Assembly: GCA_963846575.1 (NCBI GenBank)
Contig: CAWJWJ010000002.1
Span: 1,568,001-1,632,000 of the forward strand
Direction of reading: 5' to 3'
Source: an uncultured Nitrospiraceae bacterium
Lineage (GTDB): Bacteria; Nitrospirota; Nitrospiria; Nitrospirales; Nitrospiraceae
DNA length: 64,000 bases
The translations under genes and the position numbers were made by a program. The notes beneath the pieces are model-generated. The model did no database searches. It saw only the letters and a program-made list of their open reading frames with translations, and was not told where the DNA came from. Below, one piece after another: positions 1 to 9,831 of the stretch (within the stretch, counting starts at the first letter, position 1; each line of letters begins with the position of its first letter).

Positions 1-2
1 AA

Positions 3-143
3 AGCGAGGCACGGAAACACTATGTCGCCGCCGCCAATCTGGCGCCCGGCAACAAGGTCATCTGGGACGCGCCACCGCTGCGCAAGTATGACAGCGAACT
101 CGGGCTGGATAAAAAATCCTTCATGGATGCCAATCCGAAGTAG
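3..143 (+). CDS. 3' end of a gene entering from the left edge (possibly a TPR-containing protein)
   Basis: Frame 3 reads SEARKHYVAAANLAPGNKVIWDAPPLRKYDSELGLDKKSFMDANPK* to TAG at 141-143 and converges on lgt; partial. Confidence 0.55.
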   Translation, partial: SEARKHYVAAANLAPGNKVIWDAPPLRKYDSELGLDKKSFMDANPK

Positions 144-170
144 CCCTGAGGGGCGGAGGACGATTCGGAT

Positions 171-1001
171 TCAGCTCATGGCGGGCCGCGAGTCTATCGA
201 GACCCGGCTCTTGCGTTGGTACGAGATCGCCAGGATGACCGCCCCCGCCACCACCATGGGCAGGCTAAGGAGCTGGCCGATTGAAATCGTCCCGAAAATA
301 AACCCGATTTGTGCGTCCGGCTCGCGAAAAAATTCCACCACGATCCGGCAGAGTCCGTAACCCACCAGAAAGGCTCCGAAGACGGTTCCAGGAGGAGGGA
401 CACGTCGGGACAGGAGCCAGAGCAGGGTAAACAACAGGAGGCCCTCCAGCAAGGCTTCATACAGTTGCGAGGGATGACGACAGGCGGGACCGCCGGCTGG
501 AAAGACCATACACCAGTCCACGTCCGTTGGCCGCCCATAGAGTTCGCCGTTGATAAAGTTGCCAATTCGCCCCAGTCCAAGACCCACGGGGGTCACGCCG
601 GCGGCCAAGTCGGCAATGGTGAGTACCGTAATTCCCTGCCGCTTTGCGAACAGCACCAGTGCGACGATGGTACCGATCAACCCGCCATGGAACGACATGC
701 CGCCTTCCCAGACGGCGAAGATCTTGAGTGGATTCTCTGCATAGTAGGACAGGTTATAAAACAGGACATACCCTAGTCGGCCGCCCGCAAAGACACCGAC
801 GGCCGCATAGACGATCATGTCGTAGACCTGGTCCTTGTTCATCGGGAGCTTCTGTGCCCTGGCCCGCGCCTCGATGATGAAATAGGCTAGGGTGAGTCCG
901 ATGAGATACATCAGCCCGTACCATCGGAACTGTAACGGACCCAATCGCAGGAAGACCGGATCGATGTCGGGGTAGGGGATCGCGCTCATCCAAGACAACA
1001 T
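171..1001 (-). CDS. lgt: Prolipoprotein diacylglyceryl transferase
   Basis: RWYGLMY, GGRLGYVLFY, WEGGMSFHGG, GRIGNFINGELYGR, RHPSQLYE and EFFREPD motifs; start chosen at the ATG preceded by GGAG (alternatives 989, 1016). Confidence 0.97.
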   Translation of the reverse strand: MLSWMSAIPYPDIDPVFLRLGPLQFRWYGLMYLIGLTLAYFIIEARARAQKLPMNKDQVYDMIVYAAVGVFAGGRLGYVLFYNLSYYAENPLKIFAVWEGGMSFHGGLIGTIVALVLFAKRQGITVLTIADLAAGVTPVGLGLGRIGNFINGELYGRPTDVDWCMVFPAGGPACRHPSQLYEALLEGLLLFTLLWLLSRRVPPPGTVFGAFLVGYGLCRIVVEFFREPDAQIGFIFGTISIGQLLSLPMVVAGAVILAISYQRKSRVSIDSRPAMS

Positions 1002-1240
1002 AGGGGGACTCCACATAGTTTCGCGATCTTATGTGAGCTGAAATCGCATTGCAAGGCAGGCCGCGAAGCCGCAACAGGCAAGGGCTGAGCACTCTCCAGT
1101 ATGTTCCCTACGGAAGTCTGTCGCTTTTGTGAAACGGTTGTCTCCTTCGATTGTTCACAAAACAGCACCGTTTATGAGACCAGGTTAACCTTTTATTTTA
1201 GGACGGCGCGAATGTCCGGCCAATCCGTAGTTCCTGCCCG

Positions 1241-1256
1241 TGGCACAGTTGATGCT
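1241..1256 (+). promoter_or_regulatory. Sigma54 (-24/-12) promoter for the YtxH-like gene
   Basis: TGGCACAGTTGATGCT: GG-N10-GC with TGGCAC, about 70 bp upstream of ATG 1327. Confidence 0.65.
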
Positions 1257-1326
1257 GTAGAGATCAGTAGCTCTCGCCGGATTCAGTGGACCGTAAACCT
1301 TGTTGCACTATAGGGAGGAAGTCACG

Positions 1327-1578
1327 ATGTCTACCAAGGGGCGCGAAGCGGCAAAGATTGCAGCGATCATCGGAGGAGGCGCAATCGTAGGGGCGGCGTT
1401 GGGACTCCTGCTGGCTCCAAAGACCGGGGCGGAAACCAGGCGGGACGTTGCCCGTTACGCCAAGCGGGCTCAGTTACAAGCCACCCGCTTCAGTCGATCG
1501 GTGAAGAGCGGCGTGTCGACCATGGTCGAACGAAGCAAGGCGCTGGTCAAGAAAGATGACCAGAAGGTGGCGGCATAA
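1327..1578 (+). CDS. YtxH-domain (general stress/gas vesicle-like) small protein
   Basis: GAIVGAALGLLLAPKTGAETR is the YtxH signature; GGGAGG RBS upstream. Confidence 0.88.
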   Translation: MSTKGREAAKIAAIIGGGAIVGAALGLLLAPKTGAETRRDVARYAKRAQLQATRFSRSVKSGVSTMVERSKALVKKDDQKVAA

Positions 1579-1627
1579 CCGCCTGGCCGACGGCCAATCC
1601 GAACGTCAGTCGCACAGGTGCTGCAAT

Positions 1628-1660
1628 GGCCTGTCCCGCAAGGGACAGGCCGTTTGTATT
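1628..1660 (+). terminator. Intrinsic terminator hairpin
   Basis: GGCCTGTCCC-GCAA-GGGACAGGCC, a perfect 10-bp stem followed by a T-rich tract. Confidence 0.8.
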
Positions 1661-1734
1661 TGAGCGAGAAAAACTGCGCGCAGCTTGACCCCTCAAGACC
1701 CGGGTGTTAGATTTCGGCCCGACGGTTTTCCCCT

Positions 1735-1821
1735 GCGGGAGTGGCGGAATCGGCAGACGCCCAGGACTTAAAATCCTGTACTGTAAAAGGTGTGCGGGTT
1801 CAAGTCCCGCCTCCCGCACCA
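1735..1821 (+). tRNA. tRNA-Leu (anticodon TAA)
   Basis: GCGGGAG acceptor pairs with CTCCCGC-ACCA; anticodon arm CAGGA-CTTAAAA-TCCTG; long variable arm; GGTTCAAGTCC T-loop. Confidence 0.96.
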
Positions 1822-2795
1822 ACCTGTATCTCTGGGGCTACTATCCCTGCTCCATAGCATCCCGGCGAGTTCTATCTGGTCTCCAGCCCGGTTCTTGACG
1901 GCTTTTGCCGTTCAATCGCTCCCATTCCGCCAGCCAAAACGGTTGCCGTCTTTGCACTAATCTTACGCCTGCCGAATATGAGTTCTTTCGGATAGATCCG
2001 TTGCCCACGTGGTGTAGCCCACGATGCCGATCCTGCATCCTATGGCCTAAGATGTAATCCGTGGCAGCAGAATCCGAGACGGTCCTCTTTTTGAGGGCTT
2101 TGCCGTGGCTGTCGGTAGCCCCGCGGACTGCTGTTCAGGACTCCCGCTGGTGACTATCGTGTCTTTACTCGATTTGCAGGGAAGGCCGAATCGATCGTTG
2201 GACGTCCTTGACGAAGCACAGCCCGAAAAGGGGGAAGGAGGGGGGAAACAGGCATCATTCGAGACCTTCACAATTTCCTTGTGAGTTCTCTTCGGGTCGA
2301 GTGATGGTTGGTCATTCCTCAAGGAGCAGCTTCGCTCGGTCACTCATTCATCCCAACGTGATTTCTCCGGTACATTTCCCGGGCACGTGGGCCGCAATTT
2401 GTCGTGCGGTGGGGGTCGTAAGCACCCCCCACCAGTGAGTTCCTTGGAGATCGTGGGCATGCATCGGGTCGAAGAACAACGCCGGGATCAGCCCTTTACT
2501 CCACACTGGGCTTAGCTGCCACCAACCCTCGAATTGCCATCTGTGATAGACCTGAAATCAGGATGCTCGCGAGAAGAACGTACCCTCTCTCTACCGGTTG
2601 GTGGGAGAGGCGTCCTCTCCCGGCTGGCCGACTGTGGCCAAGGATGGAGGCCCCCGGGGACAGAAGAAACCGACTGACGCTGCGTCCTTTCTCTCCTTTC
2701 TGGACTCAGTGGAAACCGCCCCTTAGTAATATGACTTGAATAGAACTGTTTATTCGGCAATAATCCCGACCCTCACAATCACAAGGGGGGCTACC

Positions 2796-3074
2796 ATGCC
2801 GAAATACATCGTCGAGCGTGAGCTAACCGGAGCCGGTGCGTTGAGTACCGCACAACGTGCTGCCATTGCGCAAAAGTCCTGCGACGTGCTCAGGACCATG
2901 GGCCCCGAAATTCAGTGGCGAGAAAGTTACATCACAAAAGATAAAATTTATTGTGTATATATTGCCCCGAATTCTGACCTGATTCGCCAACACGCCAAAG
3001 CCGGACAGTTCCCTGTCACAAGCGTGGAGGAAGTAAAATCCGTGATCGATCCCACGACTGCCGAAGCCGTCTGA
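2796..3074 (+). CDS. DUF4242 family (SCO4226-like, putative nickel-binding) protein
   Basis: MPKYIVERE...QWRESYIT.DKIYCVYIAP..DLIRQHA..GQFP...V..VIDPTTAE pattern; AAGGGGGG RBS. Confidence 0.85.
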   Translation: MPKYIVERELTGAGALSTAQRAAIAQKSCDVLRTMGPEIQWRESYITKDKIYCVYIAPNSDLIRQHAKAGQFPVTSVEEVKSVIDPTTAEAV

Positions 3075-3187
3075 CCCTTTGGCAGATACATAGTGATGCC
3101 AGTTCGAAACTTCCGACGAGCATGCGGCAATGCTGTATGATCTCGCGGAAGTTTCGGCAAGGTGACGGGTCTGAATGACCCGGTTCG

Positions 3188-3910
3188 TCATTTGAACTGG
3201 TATCCGATACCTGCAAGCAGCATATGCGCCTGGTAATCCACATCAATGTTACTGAAACTTCGAACTTGATGGAAATTGGCCGTCGTCGACATATATTTCC
3301 ACTCGCCAAACAGCACGACTGAGGTCTCCGTCACATACCGCAGGCCAGCCTGACTCGTCCACCCGGCTGTCACACTGGAGGTGTCAACCGCCGGGCCGGG
3401 GCAGGTGTTGTTGCATGACAGTCCTGTGCCGCTGGCGTGACCCCAGAAGATGGCAGGCCCGATCCCTGCGTAAGGTTGCCAATGGAGTCCAGGGTAGCGT
3501 GCCATCAAGCTGAAGGCCCAAGTGGTAAATCGGAGATGAACTCCGCTCTGGGCCTCCCGGAACGTCCCAACAGTGGATGATTTAGTATCGATCGCAATCG
3601 TTCCCGCCATCACATGCGGCGTCGTTGTAAACACGTCTGTTTCCGCTCCCAACCAGGGAAGTGAATCAAAATAATGTCCCAGCTTGATGCCATATGACAC
3701 TGACTCTTTTAGCCCGATGGTGGTGCTCGAGCCTCGAAACAACTGCCCGGGGCCTGGTGGATTCGGATAATTGATATTTTCGTCTGCCCGAACCGATGCG
3801 GGAAGCGCCAGAGTGGCACCTATCGCGCCGGCGATGTAGGTTTCGGCGGAGCTTTCCGAGAGAGAATTAAACGACATCAAAGTGACTAAAAGTATTGTAC
3901 GAATGCTCAT
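3188..3910 (-). CDS. Outer-membrane beta-barrel (OmpA-like transmembrane) protein
   Basis: Signal-like N-terminus, YGIKLGHYFDSLPWLG.E, WQPYAGIGP and C-terminal GIGYQF beta-signal; GGAGG RBS before ATG 3910. Confidence 0.8.
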   Translation of the reverse strand: MSIRTILLVTLMSFNSLSESSAETYIAGAIGATLALPASVRADENINYPNPPGPGQLFRGSSTTIGLKESVSYGIKLGHYFDSLPWLGAETDVFTTTPHVMAGTIAIDTKSSTVGTFREAQSGVHLRFTTWAFSLMARYPGLHWQPYAGIGPAIFWGHASGTGLSCNNTCPGPAVDTSSVTAGWTSQAGLRYVTETSVVLFGEWKYMSTTANFHQVRSFSNIDVDYQAHMLLAGIGYQFK

Positions 3911-4191
3911 GACGTACGCGAAACCTCCCTTCATGAACAGTGTTGGGTCGAGCGATGCCTCAGATGCGATTTGCATGGCATGGAGTAAAATGCGCACGAA
4001 TGGGATGGGTAGAAGCTCCCAACTGGCAGTGGATGCAGCAGTTGCATACCGAAGTCTTTATACCGCAGTTCGGATTCGACGCCATGAGAATCCCCAATTT
4101 TCTACAAGCCTCTAGCCGGCCGACCGATGGTTGTAGAAGGCGTTGCGCTTTCACGCCACATAGCTCTCGGCACCCTTTTACGATTCATGCA

Positions 4192-5064
4192 TCAGGGCAA
4201 TGGAAGTTTCACGCTGATAGCCCCTCCCAGATCGCCTTCCTGTGCTCCCTCTCGTGGGTAGCCGGTCACGTCCCGCTCACCTTTAGGAGCCCCATGACAA
4301 CTCAGGCACCCTTTGCCGTAGAACAGTGGAAGGAGGGCGCGGAGGCTCTTTCCGTCTTCCACCACTTCACTCAAGATCTGATCGCTTGCTCGAGGGAATG
4401 AGGGCTCTTCAAGTTTGTGCATCGCTGCGGTCTCGAAGGCATCCGGTTTGTTTTTCGGATTCCGAAGCAGTGTTTCGGGTGCGGTCTGCTTTAGATAAAT
4501 TCCTGACCATTGCTGGAATCGGGCCCCTGTTTCCGTGCCGAACGTGGCCGGTATCAGGCCTTTATATTTAATCCCCTTCACGTTGATGACGGTTTGATAG
4601 GTGGCCACCGTTTTTTTGCTTTCCTCCAGCAGCCGTTCGAGCAATGGCTTTGCCATGGCGGGTACCTGTGCCGTGGAGAGATTTTTCACGTCGTGTCCCG
4701 TCCGCTGCTTGAACAAGGTGACCATTTGTTCTGCAAATACGTCGGGAGTGAAACCTTTCTCCCCCTGGTTGGGATCATTGATCAATTCCTGATTCCGGCC
4801 AATGGCCACACGACCAGAATCAAGAAGGACCGCCAGTAAACGAGCTGTTTCACGCACGCCTGGCTCATCTTCCGCTATGGCCAGCGGAACGGAACCGCCT
4901 GTCAAAATGGCACAGAACATGACGATGATTTGGAATTTCCAGAATCGGACAGCGCGTGCTTCTCTCGAATCAGAGTGATCCACGCTCTCTGAATCAAGCC
5001 TTTGACCTGTCACATTCTTCGCCTTGTATCCTCGCCCATCTCGACCGTGCGGACAGCTTTTCAC
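4192..5064 (-). CDS. DUF3365/Tll0287-like periplasmic c-type heme protein (stand-alone)
   Basis: Hydrophobic signal segment, LRNPKNKPD, CLSCH heme-binding motif and GDLGGAISV terminus; AGGAGG before GTG 5064. Confidence 0.85.
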   Translation of the reverse strand: MKSCPHGRDGRGYKAKNVTGQRLDSESVDHSDSREARAVRFWKFQIIVMFCAILTGGSVPLAIAEDEPGVRETARLLAVLLDSGRVAIGRNQELINDPNQGEKGFTPDVFAEQMVTLFKQRTGHDVKNLSTAQVPAMAKPLLERLLEESKKTVATYQTVINVKGIKYKGLIPATFGTETGARFQQWSGIYLKQTAPETLLRNPKNKPDAFETAAMHKLEEPSFPRASDQILSEVVEDGKSLRALLPLFYGKGCLSCHGAPKGERDVTGYPREGAQEGDLGGAISVKLPLP

Positions 5065-5658
5065 TTTTGCATCCTCCTAGGTGTGATCACAAGGAAAGTT
5101 ATCGGGTTCATTCATTTTTTGAATAGCCCTGTTCGGAGGCCAATGGCCTCTCAGCTGCGCTGCCATGAAGGACTGACCCGAGGGTCTGATTGTACTGGGC
5201 CGCTGCTAGGTCGCCTCCTAGGGTGATCCCGAGTGCCCGAATACTTCTCAAAGTCCTTAGGGCGCGTTTCTGACTCCGATCTGATCCTGGCCATCCAGGG
5301 TTTTGCCTAGTACATTGACAGATCTCCCCCATAGATCATCAAAATTTAACGAAGCAGCTAAAACAAGTTGTTTGTGGAGCTTCATCCCCGCATCGTTCTG
5401 GTCGAACTGCATTTTTCCATACCGTTCTTTTTCCACGGGAATACTTGCGCGGGATGTCAGTCTCTAGCGGGGCCATCGCTTTCTCTGGAAGAACGTGCTG
5501 CGTGTGAAAGATGTACCGGTCGTCCAGGTTCCTAAACCAATACCGCAAGGACGATATGCAGAGGTTAATCTGTCACCGATACGGAACGATTCCGAAAACC
5601 AGGATGTCCAGTCCGATGGAATTTATCCCCGCGGTGTCGTCCTCCCACCTCGAGGTGG

Positions 5659-7407
5659 TTGATCGATGCAATCTCTCCACGGCAATTGGCACATGGTATC
5701 TCACACCGTTTAGGCCTCACCTCCGCTTCGCATATGTGGCAGCAGAAACCGGTCCCGACGGTAAGAAGGGTGCTACCGATTCCTGCGCAGTCCCCTGTAT
5801 GGCCCATGTCTAGGTGGCGCCTCTTGCTTTCGGGCAGCGAGACCTCCGCCCAATTCAATTGGGCGCTATTCATCGCCTGGGGACTCATTGTATCCATCAC
5901 AGCGAGCCACCATGAGTTCTGGCGCGATGAGGTGCGGGCGCTGTCGTTTAGCATGCAGGCCTCCACGCCCTCGGATCTTGTGAGCGCGTTGGAGAATGAA
6001 GGCCATCCCTTACTCTGGTACGTCCTGCTCTATGGCACTTACCATGTGATAGGTTCGACGTGGGTGCTGCCTGCCGTAAGCCTGCTCATTGCCGCTGTGG
6101 CCGTATACATCTTCATTTTCTTTTCCCCCTTTCCTGAGTGGATGAAGACCATCTTTGTCCTGTCGGGATTGCCGGTCTATGAATATTCGGTCATGGCTCG
6201 CAATTACGGGATCTCGATGCTGTTACTTTTTATGTTCGCCACCCTGTATCCCTTACGAAAGACGCACCCTCTGTCGGTGGGGTGTACCCTTGCGTTGCTG
6301 TGCAACACCAATGTCCATTCCATGATACTCGTAGGCCTTCTCATGAACCTTTGGTTATGGGACCTGTTCGTGGCGGAGAAGATATCCCCGGTCGGACCGG
6401 AGGCCTATCGCCTTTATCAGGCGACAATGATTGTGGGTGCCGGGGCCGCTGCTGCGCTGTATGCGGTTTGGCCGACGGATAATATGATTGCCTCAGACCG
6501 CTCGGGTTACACGGCCGCTCATATTGGAGAAGCCTTCGTCAGCGCGATTGAGGCGCCCGCTAAACAGTTTGGCGAGCTGTTTCCGAGCGGCGTTCCAATT
6601 AAACTGAGAATGGTGGTGCTGGTTGCACCCATCCTCGGATTGCTGGTTCGTCCACCGGTTGCAATGATTGCCTGCGCAGCGTTTCTCCTTCTGAGTGTGT
6701 TTTTTGAGGTCGTATATACAGGCTGGTACCGACATCAAGGTTTATTTGTCGTGTTCCTTGTCAGCCTGTATTGGATCGTCATCAATGGAATGGCTACGAG
6801 ATTTTCTGAGACGTTTTGGGGGAGACGTCTTCACCGTTGGCGATACTCAGGAATAGCAGGACTTCTGGCTTGCACCATGGCCAGTGGCGCGGAGAATGTC
6901 TATCGAGACTGGACCTATCAAAAAAGCGCCAGCAAAACATTCGCTGAGGATTTTTTGAAGGCGCGCCCAGAATATAAAGAGGCCATATTAATGGGGGAAC
7001 CGGACTTTATTTTTGAGGCCGTCCCTTACTACACGGACCATCTTATGTACATTGCGCGGGAGAGTCGTTTTGGACACGTGGTCCGATTCGTCCGGAACGT
7101 TCAGTTGAATATGAGCCTAGGCGAACTGCTTTGCATAGCCTGGCGCATTCAGGTTGCGGAGCAGCGGCCAGTGTTACTTCTGCTGGGGCATCGCTTTCTG
7201 GGAACGGATTTGCTCGAGCCGGGCACATCCGCTTCGTCCATCAAGTATATCTATGAACGAACGTTTACATGGTCGAAGGAAGATCTAACCGTTTGGAAAG
7301 AATACACTCACTTTCAGCGAAAATTCGATGATCAGGTGATCGGCGATGAAGCGTATACGGTGTATAGCCTCATCTCTCCGGAGGGGCGGCTCTCTCCTTG
7401 TCACTAG
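5659..7407 (+). CDS. Polytopic membrane protein, probable GT-C fold glycosyltransferase
   Basis: HEFWRDE first-loop motif, EGHPLLWY, EYSVMARNY and many TM segments; true start may be 5770 or 5806. Confidence 0.7.
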   Translation: MIDAISPRQLAHGISHRLGLTSASHMWQQKPVPTVRRVLPIPAQSPVWPMSRWRLLLSGSETSAQFNWALFIAWGLIVSITASHHEFWRDEVRALSFSMQASTPSDLVSALENEGHPLLWYVLLYGTYHVIGSTWVLPAVSLLIAAVAVYIFIFFSPFPEWMKTIFVLSGLPVYEYSVMARNYGISMLLLFMFATLYPLRKTHPLSVGCTLALLCNTNVHSMILVGLLMNLWLWDLFVAEKISPVGPEAYRLYQATMIVGAGAAAALYAVWPTDNMIASDRSGYTAAHIGEAFVSAIEAPAKQFGELFPSGVPIKLRMVVLVAPILGLLVRPPVAMIACAAFLLLSVFFEVVYTGWYRHQGLFVVFLVSLYWIVINGMATRFSETFWGRRLHRWRYSGIAGLLACTMASGAENVYRDWTYQKSASKTFAEDFLKARPEYKEAILMGEPDFIFEAVPYYTDHLMYIARESRFGHVVRFVRNVQLNMSLGELLCIAWRIQVAEQRPVLLLLGHRFLGTDLLEPGTSASSIKYIYERTFTWSKEDLTVWKEYTHFQRKFDDQVIGDEAYTVYSLISPEGRLSPCH

Positions 7408-7539
7408 CGGCATTTAGGACACCTCCTCTGAGGAGTCGGAACGCGATCGAATAATCCGCTAGAAAGCTCAAATGTTCACCACGGGGCTTGTCGCGACTAT
7501 TGCAGGCCTGCCTCAACATCATGCGCGCGTGAGGTACTT

Positions 7540-8319
7540 ATGATTGAAGGACTAAAGGTCATTGTGGTTATGCCGGCCTATAACGCAGCTCGTACGCTGA
7601 AGCAGACTTGCCTGGAAATCCCACGCGATGTTGTTGATGAGGTGCTCCTCATCGATGATCACAGTAATGACGAGACTGTACTGCTTGCCAAGGAACTGAA
7701 CCTGACTACGTTTGCGCATGACCAGAATTACGGCTACGGCAGGAATCAAAAAACGTGTTACCTGGAAGCACTCAGGCGGGGCGCGGACATAGTGCTCATG
7801 ATTCATCCCGATTATCAATACACGCCCCGATTGGCACGAGCATTGGCCAGCATGATTTCCTCCGGCCATTATGACGTAGCGATTGCCTCACGAATTCTTG
7901 GTGGGGGAGCTGTGAAAGGCGGCATGCCCCTTTATAAGTATGTCTTCAATCGAGTGCTGACCGCACTGCAGAACCTTCTCATCGGGAGCAAACTATCGGA
8001 ATTCCACACGGGGTACAGGGCGTTTTCCAAAACCGTTCTTCGAGCGCTGCCGTTAAACGAGAACTCCGACGGATTCACTTTCGACAATGAAATGTTGGTT
8101 CAGGCCCACTATTTCGGCTATCAGATCGGAGAAATTTCCTGCCCCACGAAATATTTTCAGGAAGCATCTTCAATAAACTTCAGGGCGAGTTGCATCTATG
8201 GAGTGGGGGTACTCCTGTCCTCCTTCAAGTATAGGCTTCAGAAAATGCGTTTGGCCCGTTTTCGTATTTTCAGTCCCAAAGGCAGAACATTGGAGGAATA
8301 TTATGCCTGCATGTCATAA
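7540..8319 (+). CDS. Glycosyltransferase family 2 (DPM1/polyprenol-phosphate glycosyltransferase-like)
   Basis: VVMPAYN, IDDHSND, NYGYGRNQK, HPDYQY, SEFHTGYRAF and FDNEM motifs; GAGG RBS. Confidence 0.92.
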   Translation: MIEGLKVIVVMPAYNAARTLKQTCLEIPRDVVDEVLLIDDHSNDETVLLAKELNLTTFAHDQNYGYGRNQKTCYLEALRRGADIVLMIHPDYQYTPRLARALASMISSGHYDVAIASRILGGGAVKGGMPLYKYVFNRVLTALQNLLIGSKLSEFHTGYRAFSKTVLRALPLNENSDGFTFDNEMLVQAHYFGYQIGEISCPTKYFQEASSINFRASCIYGVGVLLSSFKYRLQKMRLARFRIFSPKGRTLEEYYACMS

Positions 8320-8778
8320 GGGAGCAGATATTCCATCCGGCGCGCCGGGCGACATGTGCTGACGAACGTTCCAATACCTTCAAAAACTTGAAGATGGGGG
8401 ATACAACAAGGGAACAAGCCGGTTTCTCCAGCTCCAATGGCTTTGGGTTCCGGCTGCGGGTTTGAGAGACCTACGGAATGACTTGAAGGTTGTGCTTTCC
8501 AAATTCCCCGAAACAGCCCTGCTTGTCTGGCTGTAATTGATCCCGCTCCGGCATGAGCGGCATCAACGAATCGGAGGCGAATGAGCGCCCTCGTACGACG
8601 GGTGATGGTTGACCCTAGAGCTGGCACCCTGTTCCCATAACTCATGACCCATAATTGTCGTGGCAACCACCCCTTACTCCCACCTTTCGACGTACCTATA
8701 TGGTGGAATGCCAGAGCGACCAGTCTGGGGTAATCTTGATTCAAGCAAGCCGTACAATATTTCTAACCAGGAGGCATT

Positions 8779-9144
8779 GTGAAGGCACGATACACCGACC
8801 GAAAAACTGTGCAGTGCACGTCCGTATTGTCCTGTGACGGCGTCATGGGACATGGTCAGTTGGTCAATCTTTCAGTGCCTGGATGTTTGCTCAAGAGCGG
8901 CATGAAACTCAAGGTCGGACAGTACATCGAGATGCGGCTCGCATTTGCCAAAGCTCAAAACCCTGTGCAGGTTAAATTAGCTGCCGTGCGCTGGGTGAAC
9001 GGCTGGGAGGCGGGTATCGAGTTTATTCGCATGTCGGAGGTCGACCAGGCTCGGATCAGAGGGTTGGCGGGTGTTATCGACAGACGGACTCCTCAGCACA
9101 CATGGAGTGAGCGGATTATGTGTGTGGGAGTGTCCGCAGGGTAG
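8779..9144 (+). CDS. Single-domain PilZ protein
   Basis: RYTDR (RxxxR) and NLSVPG (NxSxxG), AAVRW...GIEF; AGGAGG RBS. Confidence 0.85.
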   Translation: MKARYTDRKTVQCTSVLSCDGVMGHGQLVNLSVPGCLLKSGMKLKVGQYIEMRLAFAKAQNPVQVKLAAVRWVNGWEAGIEFIRMSEVDQARIRGLAGVIDRRTPQHTWSERIMCVGVSAG

Positions 9145-9168
9145 CGAACCGACATGAATCTGCCGGAG

Positions 9169-9205
9169 GGGCCCGGGGCCATTCGTGCGCCGGGCCCTTA
9201 CTTTT
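9169..9205 (+). terminator. Probable intrinsic terminator after the PilZ gene
   Basis: GGGCCCGG...CCGGGCCC stem followed by TTACTTTT. Confidence 0.55.
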
Positions 9206-9453
9206 TCCAGAGCTTTTCAGCCCGTCTTTCGGTTCATGATTGGGGTGTGGTCGTACAAGTCTCTATCGTTGGATTCTCCGACGGTCACCTTCTGGCTGCT
9301 TCTTGACCCCGCTTGCGACTCTATCCTGAAGGGCACGGGACAGTTCAAGGCCGCTTTCAAGAGGCCCGAGACCAATGGCTCTATGTCCTTTGATCTATAG
9401 ATGATACGCTTTGGGAGTACGTCGGGATAGCCGTGTTAGATAGAAAGGTCAAT

Positions 9454-9831
9454 GTGGCATCCATCCTCGTCATTGATGACAATGCAGCGCTTCGTGAGGT
9501 CCTTCGACTCGGTTTGGAGACTGCCGGCCACAGCGTTCGTGAAATGAGAAATGGTCGGGAGGGAGTCCGTGCATTCCGCAGGGAGCCGTGCGATCTCGTC
9601 ATTACCGATATCTTTATGCCGGACCGAGACGGTTTGGAGTTGATTGAGGCCTTACGAAGGACGCATCCTCAGGTGAAGATCATTGCCATGTCGGGCGCAT
9701 CTGGCACCATGGACTATCTCCCGGTCGCGCGGTCGTTGGGCGCGGCCAGGATCATACGAAAGCCGTTTGCCGTACCGACCATGCTAACCGTGGTTGCCGA
9801 GCTGTTGGGCAGGCAGGTGCCCCCGAAGTGA
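9454..9831 (+). CDS. Single-domain response regulator (receiver only)
   Basis: ILVIDD, ITDIFMPDRDG (phospho-Asp), AMSG and KPF motifs. Confidence 0.9.
   Translation: MASILVIDDNAALREVLRLGLETAGHSVREMRNGREGVRAFRREPCDLVITDIFMPDRDGLELIEALRRTHPQVKIIAMSGASGTMDYLPVARSLGAARIIRKPFAVPTMLTVVAELLGRQVPPK

Noticed and set aside
5108..5813. Short ORFs between the DUF3365 and GT-C genes
   Set aside because: No recognisable motifs or RBS support; probably a divergent promoter region
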